Positions 1 through 50,224 of a stretch of DNA of 64,000 bases are shown piece after piece. The notes below the pieces were generated by a model that saw only the letters and a list, made by a program, of their open reading frames with translations, did no database searches and was not told where the DNA came from. Source of the stretch: the human T2T-CHM13v2.0 reference genome, Homo sapiens; NCBI RefSeq assembly GCF_009914755.1, contig NC_060930.1; one strand, 5' to 3'. Every line of letters begins with the position of its first letter. The stretch's first letter is position 1. A program made the translations under genes and the position numbers.

Positions 1-37
1 GAGCTGGGATTACAGGTGTGAGCCACTGTACCTGGTG

Positions 38-343
38 TTTTTTGTTTGTTTTGGTTTTTTTTGAGATGGAGTTTCGCTCTTGTTGCCCAGGCTGGAGCGC
101 AATGGTGCAATCTCGGCTCACAGCAACCTCCACCTCCTGGGTTCAAGGGAGTCTCCTGCCTAAGCCTCCCAAGTAGCTGGGATTACAGGCATGCACCACC
201 ACACTCAGCTAATTTTGTATTTTTACTGGAGACGGGGTTTCTCCATGTTGGTCAGGCTGGTCTTGAACTCCCGACCTCAGGTGATCCACTTGCCTCAGCC
301 TCCCAAAGTGCTGGGATTACAGGCGTGAGCCACCGTGCCTGGC
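38..343 (-). mobile_element. AluS
   Basis: Full dimer in antisense with T-rich tail; an Alu end (1-35) and a FLAM/AluJ monomer (349-507) adjoin it. Confidence 0.95.
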
Positions 344-559
344 CCCCGCTTTTTTTTTTTAAGAGACAGGTTCTCCTTCTGTTGCCCACTGGAGTGCAGT
401 GACATGATCATAGCTCATAACAGCCTTGGACTTCCTGGCTCAAGCAATCCTCCTGCCTTGGCCTTACAAAGCACTGGTATTATAGATATGATCCACCACA
501 CCCAACCTCAATACACATTTAAGGATACTTGTATAGTAGAAAATTTTTGTGTCTGAGTC

Positions 560-765
560 TGAGACTTGATCACGGCTCATTCATTTAAAGCTACACAATC
601 CTGGGCAAGTTACTCTCTGAGCCTTATTTTCCTTATCTGTAAAATGAAGATAAAAACAGCCCTTACTTCAATTTTTTAAAATTCTTATTTCAATAAGATT
701 TTTGTGGATTAAGTGTGATGATGTATATAAAGTGCTTAGCACAAAACCTGGCTATTGTTACTATC
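560..765 (+). mobile_element. MIR
   Basis: MIR core ctgggcaagttac..tctgagcc..atctgtaaaatg..aaagtgcttagcac. Confidence 0.75.
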
Positions 766-822
766 ACGGAACACAAAAAAAAGTTTCTCTCTTTTGCATA
801 TTGCTAACAAGTAGATACTTAC

Positions 823-910
823 CATTTAACAAATTGTCTAGTGTGCCATAAGCATCTTCACAAAGTGTGGATTCATACTCATTTTCCCTTTCAAAATTCT
901 TTATTTCGTT
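823..910 (-). CDS. CAGE1: CAGE1 (cancer/testis antigen 1) second coding exon, [29 protein letters not shown]+G; gene continues beyond the left window edge
   Basis: Minus-strand acceptor ttttattaatacag|AAC at 910 and donor AATG|gtaagt at 823/822. In frame with the upstream exon (PQ|NE); the peptide matches the recalled CAGE1 N-terminus. Confidence 0.92.
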
Positions 911-1619
911 CTGTATTAATAAAAAAGGCATCAATACTTCAAGCAAACATCACAAGCTTCTTCTAAAGGTATTTGCACATTGTTACATAATTCTGCTATT
1001 AGAATATTTCATTACATAGGTAGAATGTGCTTTCTAGTATCTTTCCCCAGCATGTATTTGGCTCCCTTTTAGTAAAACTATGCTAACAGAGTCCCAATAT
1101 TAAACAACAATGTAACAAATAGCTTGTTATTTTAATATTTTGGTTTTTTGGTAAGTCAAATCATGTGACTATAAACTTAGGGATACGTGATAGCATATTT
1201 ATGTATTGATAATTATTTGATGTTTATTAAATCTAGTCTAAACAGCATTAAGATGGTTGTTATTTCAGTCTTTTAACACTGAAGATATATAAAACAGGCA
1301 TATATCTTTGATGTATTTTTATAAATTCCTATTTAGTGGAATCAGATGTCACTGACTATCAAACGTTTAGCACAACACTCATGAAGATATTGGGACATTA
1401 CAATCTTTTATTTTTTAATAAAGGGAGCTAGGCATTTTCATGAAGACAGGAAAGTTGTCATTTACATGCAGGGTGCTGTCAATGTCATTATGAATGACAA
1501 CTGAATCATTTGCATACTGATGTAAGTGGAAGATGCATTAGACTAGAAGTCAGGTTCCTTGGGCTCTTGTCCTGCCTCTGACTGAATTGGTCACGTCCCC
1601 TGGCTGCACTCCTGGCTAG

Positions 1620-1970
<351 letters not shown>

Positions 1971-2019
1971 TGAATTCTGAATACATCTGAGCCTCCTGGA
2001 ACTTATAAGCAATGCACAC

Positions 2020-2214
2020 CTGAGGCAAGTCACAAGTGGTGCCAGTGGTTTCCATACAGATTGGAGAATGTGAAAGCATTACACCTTGAGAAAGATTGCT
2101 GACATTCATGGTATCCGATTCTGACATGCTTTCTACTTTTTCATGAGAAGTATCCACTTCAAAATGTACAGGATCTGAAGGTGATGACCAAAATTTTTGA
2201 TAGTCCTTGTTCAT
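2020..2214 (-). CDS. CAGE1: CAGE1 first coding exon, [20 protein letters not shown]...TTCDLPQ (65 codons)
   Basis: ATG at 2214-2212 and donor CAG|gtgtgc at 2020/2019. Upstream T-tract plus AG acceptor at ~2238 gives a short 5'UTR portion. Confidence 0.93.
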
Positions 2215-2781
2215 AACTGTTGAACAATAGAAGACTTCTTTAAAAAAAAAAATGTGTCTATTAGTAGGTACAAACAAAAAGTTTTTTCCCTATCCCTCTT
2301 CTCATTAAGAAAGTAGCAAAGTTCACTGCCCTTATTTGAAATGTCATTTGTCAAGTTATTAGAAAAATTAAAAATTTTAGTCTGAGTATACCGTAATTTG
2401 GTATGGTAGTAAATACTGATTTGGAGAAAAACAAACAGTATTGGCTACTATCCAATAACTCCCTAGAAGGCTTTGGACCTAGAAGTGAAGGGATCTCTAT
2501 GTTATTTAATCAAGGATATTTACAAAATATTATCAGAGACCTAATAGTTTCCACAAAATCCTGGATTTTTATTTACTTGATACCTTCCACTTGAACACCT
2601 CACTACCAAGTCAAACCCAGCATTGTAACTCAGTTTTCCCTCCTCACTTTCCTATACTGCGCCTATTCCCTCAGGTACATGTGTTTGAAAACTGGACTTG
2701 TCTTGGCATCCCTCTACCTCATCATGCATGGCTATTCAGATACCAAGTCCCGTCCATGTCTCCTTTAAAAATGTCTTTCAG

Positions 2782-3099
<318 letters not shown>

Positions 3100-4240
3100 T
3101 CAGTAACCTGTGCTTTCTTTCCATCCCATGTTGCCACACTGGTCCATATTCTCCTGACTTCCTCAGGCCTGTCCAGAGCTCCAGAGCTGAGAGTGGAAAG
3201 GATGGCCACTCACATTGAGTCTATAAATTCTTGTCCTTCCAGGCCATCCATAGCCTGGAGTGACATCCCCTACCTGGTACTCCCCTGCTCTACTCAGATC
3301 AGGCTCATTTCCCTGCAGACAGATAATGTTCCTTACGAATTAAGCTTCAGTCATCTGCCCTGGCACGTGCTTCTCTCCTAAAACCTTCCCATCTACCCAT
3401 TCATCTGTTTTCAAAATTCCTACAATGTCTTCAGTCTCTAAATCTCTATCTTACAATTCAGCACTTGGTGATTTCGTTTACTGTTTTAGAGCTTCACCAC
3501 TGTTTCAAGGGTGTTAGTGTTTGTGTTTACAGATCATAAATGTCTTGAGAGGAGCATACTTAGGGCTTTCCGATATCCCCTACTGCAAATGGACCAGTGC
3601 TGTCTACACAGCAAATATTGATTGAATAAAACCTGCATTCCAATGACTTATTTCTATCAAGCTCTTTCAATTTATAGTCATTACTCATCTGCCTGGATTC
3701 TTTTATTGAATTTCTGAATGAATAGTTTATTGAAAATTAGTTGTTTTCAAACCTATGTCATCACTTGGTAAAATATAAAAAAGTAAGCCAAGCAGACCAG
3801 TCAGGATCAGTGAAAGGCCCAACTTTATGCTCACTTCTCCCTTGTCTTTCAAATAATGCTGCCTGGATTGTGGTGAGATCTGAAAAATTCTTGCTTTGTT
3901 TTCCCAATGCAAAAAAGCGCAAAGGCCTTGTTTCTTAGTTTTCTTGTTTGTGAACCCAGCACTTCCAATTACATTTCTACAACTTTGTTCATCCCTCATG
4001 TGGCACTGCACAATCTGCCAGTTTACCTTTTTAATTTAAAGTTAGACTATTTTTTCCATCTTTCATTTGTCCTTACAGGTTTATGTTGGATTTTTAACAT
4101 ATTTATCAAATGTTTGAATAGATGTTCCAGAGACATTCTAAAGCTGTTTTAAGATAGGAGTTAAAAGAGGTGTCACGGGAGTTACTCGCAAAAACTATAG
4201 TTTTGTTTAAAAGCTTTTTCAGTTGTAAGACAAACTTTAC

Positions 4241-4760
4241 CTTTTTAAAAAGCACTTATCTCATTCATTTTTCACCTCAAAACGAGACACCAAACTTTTT
4301 AAGACACAAAAGTGTGCTCACTTCCAGGATCCATAGTTTCTTGGACCCACGCTACGGACCTGGCTCTCCCTCCCTCTGCACCGGGTTTTGTGGGAGGGAG
4401 AACGCTTTCCAACCTCCTCCACCAAGGACTCTCACAAACTCGCAATCGGGCTCCCGGAGTGCTGGAACGCCCCTGTGTGACGTCCGCCCGCGCCGGGGGA
4501 ACTCCGCAGAGACAGGTGCAGCCCGCGAGGCCCGAGCGACCCTACTGTGGGTGCGGTGTCTTCCCAGAGAGTGGTGAAGTTAGGAAGGTACGACCCCCTA
4601 GGCCGAACAGCCTGTGGGCTAGCTGGCGCCTCCTGCCGCAGTAAACACAAAGTGGGGTACAGAAACGAAAACTCCGGGAAGAAACGGCCAGCACGGGCCT
4701 CGCCGTGCCGGCTACTCAACACGCCTTCCTGAGAGCACAGAACATCCACAGCCCTATACA
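4241..4760 (-). other. CAGE1: Probable CAGE1 non-coding first exon (boundaries inferred)
   Basis: The ATG exon has an acceptor, so an upstream exon is required. Best minus-strand donor at the CpG-island edge is AAAG|gtaaag at 4241/4240. The TSS cannot be determined from sequence. Confidence 0.45.
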
Positions 4761-5041
4761 GCGCGCCATCCAGAGAGCTCCGGACTCCCAGCTCGGCGCA
4801 GGGGCGGGACTTCCGCTCAAGTCAGACTTCCGGGCGAGGCGGTGAGGGGCTTCCGGTTGGGGTGGCAGGGTGGTGGATCTGTTGGTCCCGTTTTCCCGTC
4901 GCACGTGGTGGCCACTGTTGGCTTCTGAATGGTTTGCAAGGCGGATATCCACGCCAAGGCCTTTGGATCGGCCGTGGGTACATCCGTCTGAGCCGTTCCT
5001 TTCCATCGCAGAGCGGCGGCCTCCGGCGGCGCTCTCCAGTC

Positions 5042-32484
<27,443 letters not shown>

Positions 32485-32720
32485 AATGAGAACCATATTA
32501 TGTACAGTCATTTTCCTCAGTTCCTTTTCTCGCCTGAACTCTTAAGCTGCATCTGGAAGATGGCTTATTGGTTTTAACCAGATTGTCATCGTGGCACTGT
32601 CTGTGAAGACGGATTCAAATGTTTTCATGTAACTATGTAAAAAGCTCTAAGCTCTAGAGTCTAGATCCAGTCACTGACTCTGTCTGGTGTTGACAGAGGA
32701 TTTATTTAAGCTATTATTTT

Positions 32721-32726
32721 AATAAA
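32721..32726 (+). terminator. RIOK1: Proximal RIOK1 polyadenylation signal AATAAA
   Basis: Canonical hexamer ~240 nt after the stop, followed by a U-rich tract. Confidence 0.7.
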
Positions 32727-33058
32727 GAACTTTGTACATTTTTATTTTTATATTTTTTTCTCTTACAAATATGTTTTTGGAAGCATGATAAATGTTTAAA
32801 TGTAGTCAACATCTGTAACTCTTACATGAGTGTCCAGAGGCACTCATGGGAAAATTGGTTTTGCTTTCTTTGTACACACCAGAGACCCATCTGAGGTCAT
32901 CTGATTATAAGGCCATGTTTATATAAAGGGAATTTCACCCACAGTTCAGCTGGCTGTTGATTTTCACTGCAACTCTGCCTTTGTGTGTATTGGCGATCAT
33001 TTGTAATGCTCTTACACTTCGTCTTTAATGTTCTTTTTGGAGTTAGGACCTCTCAGTT

Positions 33059-33064
33059 CATAAA
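33059..33064 (+). terminator. RIOK1: Candidate distal RIOK1 poly(A) signal CATAAA
   Basis: Variant hexamer at the end of the unique 3'UTR-like sequence, just before an L2 relic. Confidence 0.45.
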
Positions 33065-33092
33065 GTTTTTTACAATTCAATCATTTGGCATA

Positions 33093-33860
33093 TTCATTCA
33101 TTCATCAAAAATTTGAGTATTTTAGTTGCTGGGGATACAGCAGAAAACAAACTAGACAAAAATTACTACCTTTGAGTAGTTTACATTTTGATAGGAAGAT
33201 AAGACATTAACCAAAGTAAGTAAAAAGCAGTGTATCAGCAGGTGATAAATTCTATGGAGAGAAATAATGCAGAGATGAGAGGGCGCCTATAGATGAAAGA
33301 GTTTGCAGTTTAAAATAGGGTTCTTGGAAAGGCCTTACTGAGGGCTGATATTTGAGCAAATACTTGAAGAAGGTGAATTGTTTGCATAACAAGAAGGAAG
33401 AACATGCCAGGCAGAACAACCAGCAGTTGCAAAGCCCTGAGGCAGGAGTGTACGTGACATCTTCCAGAAACAGGGCTGAGACATCATCATCAAGGGAGAA
33501 AGTAGTAGATGCAATCAGATAGTGTACGGCTGTGGGAGGGTTTTGGCAGGGGAGTGATATGATCTGACTTCTGTTTTAAAAGGATTACTCTGGCCTCTGT
33601 GGAGAATTGATCAGGAAGCAAGGGTGGGAGACCAGTGGGTATGTTCATTGAAGTAAACCCAAGCAAGAGACGCTGATGGCTTGGTATAGGATGGTGGCAG
33701 ACATGAGAGAAGTGGTTGCACATTCTAAGGGAAGAGATGAGATTGCGTGGAGTGAAGGGTGACTTCAGGGTTTCTGACCTGAGCAGCAACTGAGATGACT
33801 GGAGTTGCCACTTACTGTGATGGGAAAGACTGGACGGGAGCAGGTTTGGGGAGGGTAGGA
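33093..33860 (-). mobile_element. L2 fragment
   Basis: (attc)n terminus, gttgctggggatacagcag, L2 body motifs. Confidence 0.72.
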
Positions 33861-34964
33861 GGGTGAGATAAAACCTTACATCACAACATAGTACAGATAC
33901 TAAAAGAAATTACCAATTTAATTTTTTTAATGATATACTTTATGTTGGAAGTGACTCTTGTAGTCATTGCATTTAGAAATAATTTCTATAAATCAACCCC
34001 TAGTTTTCACTTAAACTGAAGCTTGCCCCTGCTTATTTGACAGTGGGTTATAGGGGGAAATCATTTGAGCTCTTTATGTTTATTTTGACTATAAAGTTCA
34101 AAATATGAAATATAATTTCAATGAAACACAAAAATAATCCCTCTAAAATAGTCTACAGTTAGCACAACAAAAGAAAAAGCAAAAGCAGATATCAATCCTG
34201 CACACATCTGGGGAGTTTATCTTCAGGATCTTCTAACTCTTGTGTTTGTTTTGATCTTACTCTCCGACATGGTATGTTTGCATTAGGAGGTCAAGCTGCT
34301 CAGTGCTGTCTTTTGCTGAATCTCATGCAGTTTCCAAGCTTGGAATCAGTGCCACTTGGCCAGATGTAGCAATAGCCAGATTGTGGGGCAGTTCATTCTC
34401 TTACATTGCTGCTGGGAGGAAGTGACTTGTAAAACATCAAGAGTTGGTAATGAAGATTCTAACCTGAGAAAAGCTTTTCTGATACCCCTCTTGCTCATGT
34501 GGCTGTATCCTTGTTTGGATTCTGGGTCATAAGGCTGTGGCTGGTTAATAGCCACTCATCGTATTCTTGCCAACCTTGTCTGAAATTATCATCCTCATCA
34601 GAAGGCTTAGAAGGAGCCTAATCTTAGGCAAACAACTAGCAGGGCTGCTTGCTGACTTTGATAACAATTGAGTTTTGATTGTTTGGCAGGTTTTAGTGTT
34701 AATGGATTATTGGTTGTACAGTTACTTTCTACTTGGAAAGGTGAAGTTTGGGTCTCTTGGCCCAAAGCTGGGGACATTATTTTGGTGGTTGTAGATATAT
34801 CTGATTTCATGTTTTGTTGTTTTTCTCATCCATCAAAATAATGCAGATGTTTCTAAAAGTTTACTATGAGAAATCTGGGTAACTTCTTTGAAGCACAAAA
34901 TTACAGCTGTTTCCTATGCTGCTGTCACTCTTATTCTTCCTTTGATAGACCTGTTCAGGAATAG

Positions 34965-35293
<329 letters not shown>

Positions 35294-36229
35294 GCACCAC
35301 CATTTGAAAGTGGTCTTTTAGTGAAGAAATGAGAATGGTGGCAGCTCTTTGCCCAGGTCTGGTCAAGTATGAATCCATGGTTCTTGGCTAACATCAAGTT
35401 TTCTTCAGCTTTATCGCTAACTTGATGAAGACAGACCCAAGATGTTGAAAAACTTTATAGCTTGGTACTAAGAGTTGTTTGAGATCTTTCCTTTTCATGA
35501 GTATTCTGTTTAATTCTGTGCTAGCAGCTTGTTTCTTGGCTGTGGGCCCATCCTGTTTTGTGACTGTGATTTCATTAACCTTTTGGCTCAGAAAAGGAAG
35601 AGATTAAATAAAAGTTCCTCCAGATGCAGGTAAAAATGAAATTTAAGGACATCTCAAATGTCAGGCTCTGAATGCTATCTCTAAAAAATCCTTTTCATTT
35701 TCAAAAGCTTGATATACTCTCTAATTTCTAGTGGTCTATACACATCGTAAATAAAGACCTTGACTGTTCAGAGCTTTACTTTGATTTCTGAGGTTTACTT
35801 TTTTGATGGAAGAGCTAAAAGGATTGGCAGCGTGAGCAGATTCTCCTCAAGTATAGTTTCCCATGAAGATTTCAAGCGCAGGGATCAAAACCAAGAACTC
35901 TCCACATTCTGTCTCCTAAATGGGATTAGGGTGTCACATTCCCTGCATTTTGGTTGGAGTATTTAACTTTCATATCCTTTGGGTTTGTGTTGCCTTGGAC
36001 ATGAAGGCTTTTAACTGTTTCAAGGGAAACCATAATATTGGTATGAAATCATTAAAGCCAGTTTTGTAAGGAAAGAAGTACTATCTTGCATCTATGCCTT
36101 CCAGAGATCTTAGTCCCAGTTGATGGTGTTGCAGAAGGTGGTGCAGGGTCTCAGACCCTGACACCATTAAGAAGGCAAATGCTGTAACCATTGTGGAAGT
36201 AATAGTAGCACCTCCCTCATAGATTATTG

Positions 36230-37240
<1,011 letters not shown>

Positions 37241-37752
37241 TAAGAAAAAGGTTTTTTAAAACAATTTTTAAGAGCGTCTCACTCTCTTGCCCTGGCTGGA
37301 GTGCAGTGGCACCTTCTTAGCTCACTGCAGCCTCGACCTCCTAGGCTCAAGTGATCTTCCTGCCTCAGCCTCCCTCGACCATCTGGGCTCAAGCAATCCT
37401 CCTGCCTCGGCCTCCCAAAGTGCTGGGATTACATCTACCACACCCAGCCAATAAAATGTTTTCTAAAAATATGTTTAAGTATATTGAGCACTCAACATGG
37501 CTTATCACGTAGTAGTGCTATATTATACAAGTGTCTATGTATTTGTTATTTTACTTACTACTTTCAAGTAACTTCTTTTGCCTAGGCATCAGGTTAAACC
37601 ATGTGAGCTAAGAAGATAGGTCTAGGCAGAATTATAATGCCAGTACTCACCTAGCTTGGTGTCATGAAATGCCCTTTTGGTTCTGAAATTTAGATTCTAT
37701 TAGTGGGTGCAGTAAGATAACTTGTATATTGAACAAATGCAGATAGAATTCA

Positions 37753-40212
<2,460 letters not shown>

Positions 40213-40352
40213 TTATTAGCTTGTACTCAAGCAAGCGGAGGACAGGCTGCTGAGGGCCAGAACTGTAGACTGTGCAGGACAGCAGGCATTCCCCTCAAAG
40301 AAGGATTACATCAACAGACCCTGGTGATAGTGGGGGCATGTTTGGTGGCTGA

Positions 40353-42356
<2,004 letters not shown>

Positions 42357-42473
42357 TGTTTAGTGGCTGATTTTAGAATTAATCCTCACTGAAGAACTCC
42401 TGAGGATCTAACTCCTCAGTAACATTTTTCAGAAGTTGTTCATCCAATCAGGATCTGGTTTACTTCAAAATAA

Positions 42474-46030
<3,557 letters not shown>

Positions 46031-48709
46031 GAAATAATTTTTAACTAGTCTTCGTTAAGCAACATTCTCAATACTATCAGTAAAAAGATCAAAGCCATTT
46101 AGAGGAAGGGAGAAGGTATTATAGCCAAAGCAAAATAGGCTGCCATAGCTGGTGCCTCGCTGAATTTCCTGAGTTGTTGAGCACAGGGTCAGTGAGCTTG
46201 GGGAAGTCATTGGACATTTCCCACCTGGCCTGGGTCCGCCCACCTCCACAGTGCAGTGGTTGGATGCCGCCTCCTGCAGTATTGACTAACTGGGCGAACG
46301 TGGGCAAATCCAACTTTCTGAACATACTCCCTTATCTGAAATGAGGACGGTGTGGAAGGTGAATGTGCTGCCAGTGAAAGCTCAGAGCTTGACACCAGGA
46401 AGCACTCAATTAATGCTGGCTTCCCCTACGAATTCTCAGAGTCTAATACAAATTCACTTGCGGTGTCATTCTGTCGTTCTGTTACCCTCTTCCAAAATGA
46501 GGAAGTGAGTGTTCTTGGACGAACAGGCTCCTTTGGATTTAAAATCACCACTCCAGAGCAAAGTGGTCTTTCTATCCTTAGCACAGCCCGTGGAGGAGGA
46601 AGGAGGATCACTGTGGAAATCGTCCTCACCTCCCACGCGGCTCCTGGGAATATGTCTCAAGAGCAGATGAGGGCCTTGACCTCAATGGCAGATCAGTTCA
46701 CCCTACATTGTAAATGGCTCATATGCGTAGAGCAAACGGTGATGGGTGGAGGGCAGTGGAAGGGGCGTGGTGGGAAGTCCAGAGAGAAGTCCAGAAAAGA
46801 GAGGATGGAGAAATCCAAAAGCCACTGACTTCACAGTTTTACCTGGGCCAGCCCTGCCCTGGCCTAAGCCAGGGGGAGGAGCTGGTTGGCTTTCAGGGCC
46901 TCCTCATCGCGTCAGGAAGCCACACCCCATTTGGGACAAGGGACCACAGTGCACAGCTTGTGGGCTCAGGTGGAGCTGGGATCGGAGCTGCGGCCCTCAC
47001 CGGGCAGCCTGAGTCCCATAGGGCGGGACAGCAGGGCGGGGGCTGTGGCACCAGCCGAGCTCCCGACCCTGCGCCACTTGAGACCCCAGATTTCCTCTGG
47101 CATGTAAGCCAAGTGGTCATTTGGATTCTGGAGGAGAGCCAGGTTGTTGTTTTGGGTGCTTATGTTTGTTTTGTTCGTTTGTTTTCGGTTCGTGGCAGCC
47201 TCATGGAGCATCTAGTTGCTCAGCTTGGTGCAGTGTGGAAAGCCCGGAGCTGCGGCTTTGCTGGAAAGCCAGATCCGGTTAGGATCTCTTCAGTAGCCTC
47301 TTTGCTGCGGTGGTTTCCGAGCAAGTACACCCGTGCTTGCTGCCTTCAGTCTGTGGCCGGGAAAGAAAGTGTCTTGACCACAGAATCAGTGGGCAGTTCT
47401 GAGGCATTCGCTGGATTGCTCTCCCAGCATCTCTCTAAAATACCGTGACCTTGGGAGCGGTTCTGAGTCCTGGGGTGGCCGAGTGGGCTTACATGCTTCT
47501 GCCTCTGGAGGCAGGGGATGGGGAACAAAGAGAAGATTCTCTGGGGACGGCTTTCCAGAGTGAGAGGCAATGTTTCCAGAGGTGTCACAGAGACAAAAGT
47601 CCAGCCCTCTGACTAGATGGGCTTGCTGCAGACAAGGCAGTTCTGGAAACAAACAAACAAAAAACTTCAAACAGGTTAACAATGGGAAAATATTTTTGCA
47701 ATGAAGAAAAAACAAGCCCCTACGAGAAGGCAGGTCCAGAAAAGATCGCTGCATGATTGTATTTTGGGTTTGAAATTTCAGCTGCTTCTATCTTCAAGCC
47801 AAAGGCAGACCCACCCCCAGCCTCGGCGGGCTCTCCCTGGTCTAGGGAGGGCCACACCAAAGGGGCCTCACCCCTTTTGGTGTGGGCTTTGTGCCAGCCA
47901 ATGTCAGCATCCCAGCAAGCCAGCATTTGTTTCCTAGAACTATGTGTTTTGAAGGGGAGAAAGATTATATTCGGCACATTATGGGGCCTTTGGATCCTGC
48001 GGGTGGACGCTGGGTGCGGGTAGGGCTGGCTGTGCTGTGGGACGCCAAGTGCTGCCCACTGGAGCTGCAGGGGTGTGAAGGCAGCACATGCACCGCCTGT
48101 GCTAGATGGAAAACGAAGTGTCTGCAAATACTAACAGATATGAAAGAAGGCTGCTCAGCGTGTGGAAACGGGTGGGTGCTGGAGCCATTGGAACCCTGTG
48201 GCTTTTAGGAATGTGGATGGCCAGTGCTTGCAGATGTTCACAGAGTGAAAACTGTGGATGGACCAAGAGGCCAGACTTCACAGCTTGGGTTGCCCCTGGG
48301 AGGGCAGGTGAGAATCAGGCAGCTCTTGGGTTTGAAGGCCCGGACCCTTGAAGGGCTGCTGTTAGTGTTTGTGTCTCTTCCTCAGTTAACACCTGGAAGC
48401 AGGACAAGGAACGCCCAGAGGAGCTCCTTTGGTAGTTCGCCAGCATAGGGGCAGGACTGTCATCTGATCTGTGGAAATGGGATCCACTTTCTGTTGGCCT
48501 ATTAGGGCCTTTCTCTGTCACACATAATTTCAAGAAGAGGAGGGGAAATTGAAAAGTGGTAGCCTTGACTGTCAGCATCCTGCCCTAGTTTGGAAGTCAA
48601 CAGTCTGTCCTTCTCCGGGAGTGGCCAGTGCTGCTCTGGGGCTGCTTCCTGCACCCCACAAGCTGCAGAACTGCAAAGCCTCTCAGCCTCCCATGAGTCT
48701 GGTCTGATT

Positions 48710-49066
<357 letters not shown>

Positions 49067-49069
49067 TAA

Positions 49070-49202
49070 CCCATGTATGCCAGAGGTTGCAAATTTTTTG
49101 TGTGTGTGAAAAATCAGACCTTAGCGATGACCTTGAGCAGTAGAGTATAAATAACTCCCATAAGCTTAGCATTCCGATAATGGAACACTAGGCATAAATG
49201 GG
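49070..49202 (-). mobile_element. MER85 piggyBac (PGBD3-derived) MITE
   Basis: TTAA (49066-69) and degenerate CTAA (49203-06) target sites; TIRs cccat(g)tatgcc / ggcataaatggg; internal cagacctt.gcgatgaccttgagcagtag and palindrome ttcc.ataatggaac. Confidence 0.92.
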
Positions 49203-50224
49203 CTAATGACCTCTTTCCTTCCTTGGGCTCTTTTTATGTAGCTTTTATGCTGCTGGTTTTTGTTTTTTTTTTTTTTTTTTTTGAGTCTTACTTTGTCACC
49301 CAAGCTGGAATGCAGTAGTGCAAACATGGCTTACTGCAGCCTCAACTTCCCAGGCACAAGAGATCTTCTCACTTCAGCCCCCTAAATAGCAGGACTACAG
49401 GGGCACACCACCACACCTGGCTAATTTTTTTTTTTTTTTTTTTTTTGGTAGAGATGGGGTTTTGCCATGTTGTCCAGGCTGTTCTCAAACTCTCCGAGCT
49501 CAAGCGATTTGTCCACCTTAGCCTTCCAAAGTGCTGGGATTACAGGCGTGAGCCACCGCGCCTGGCCTCATGCTGCATTCATAAAGAGACTTACCACACG
49601 GAGTCTGATTGGAGGTTGCAATAGAGGTTTGAAAGCTAGGAGTAAATGTTTACGTTAAACATAGACTTATGTGGCTTAGATTCTTTTCCCAACATCCCAT
49701 CCTCCTATCAAAATAAAATAAAACTTCTTCCCCAGCAAGTAGAAAGTTGATGAAAATCAAAAAAACCATATAGTTCATTCACTGTATTATTTTTCTAAAT
49801 TGAATATTATTCTAAGCCTATCAACAGAATGCTATTGGGGAATATACAAGGGTTATATGTTATCTCCTATCCTTAATATTGCTGTTTCTTATGCAATAAC
49901 ACACACGTGGACACACACACACTCACATGTTCACACTCACACACAAATGATTTGGAAAGAATGTGAGGTCTAAGTGCTAAATTGTGTGGCCCAGAGGTAC
50001 ATGCCATAGATGTACAGAGAAAGGAGCAAATTGCATGGATTGGAGTGGTTGGGTGGGACTGGTAGGACCAGAGCCAGACTGAGGGATGGATAGGTTTGGG
50101 TGGGGACTGGGAGGGTGAAAAGCTGAGCTACATGCCAGAGGTAGATGACAGAGAACCTGCTCTGCCTGGATGGAAGAGTGCACCAACTGGTGTGCTTCTG
50201 GTTGCAAGTAACAGTAAACCCTGA

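Noticed and set aside
46714-47448. 244-aa ORF (and overlapping 158-aa ORF 46352-46828) as a novel gene
   Set aside because: No recognisable domain, many overlapping ORFs in all frames as expected in GC-richer DNA, and no supporting promoter or splice structure.
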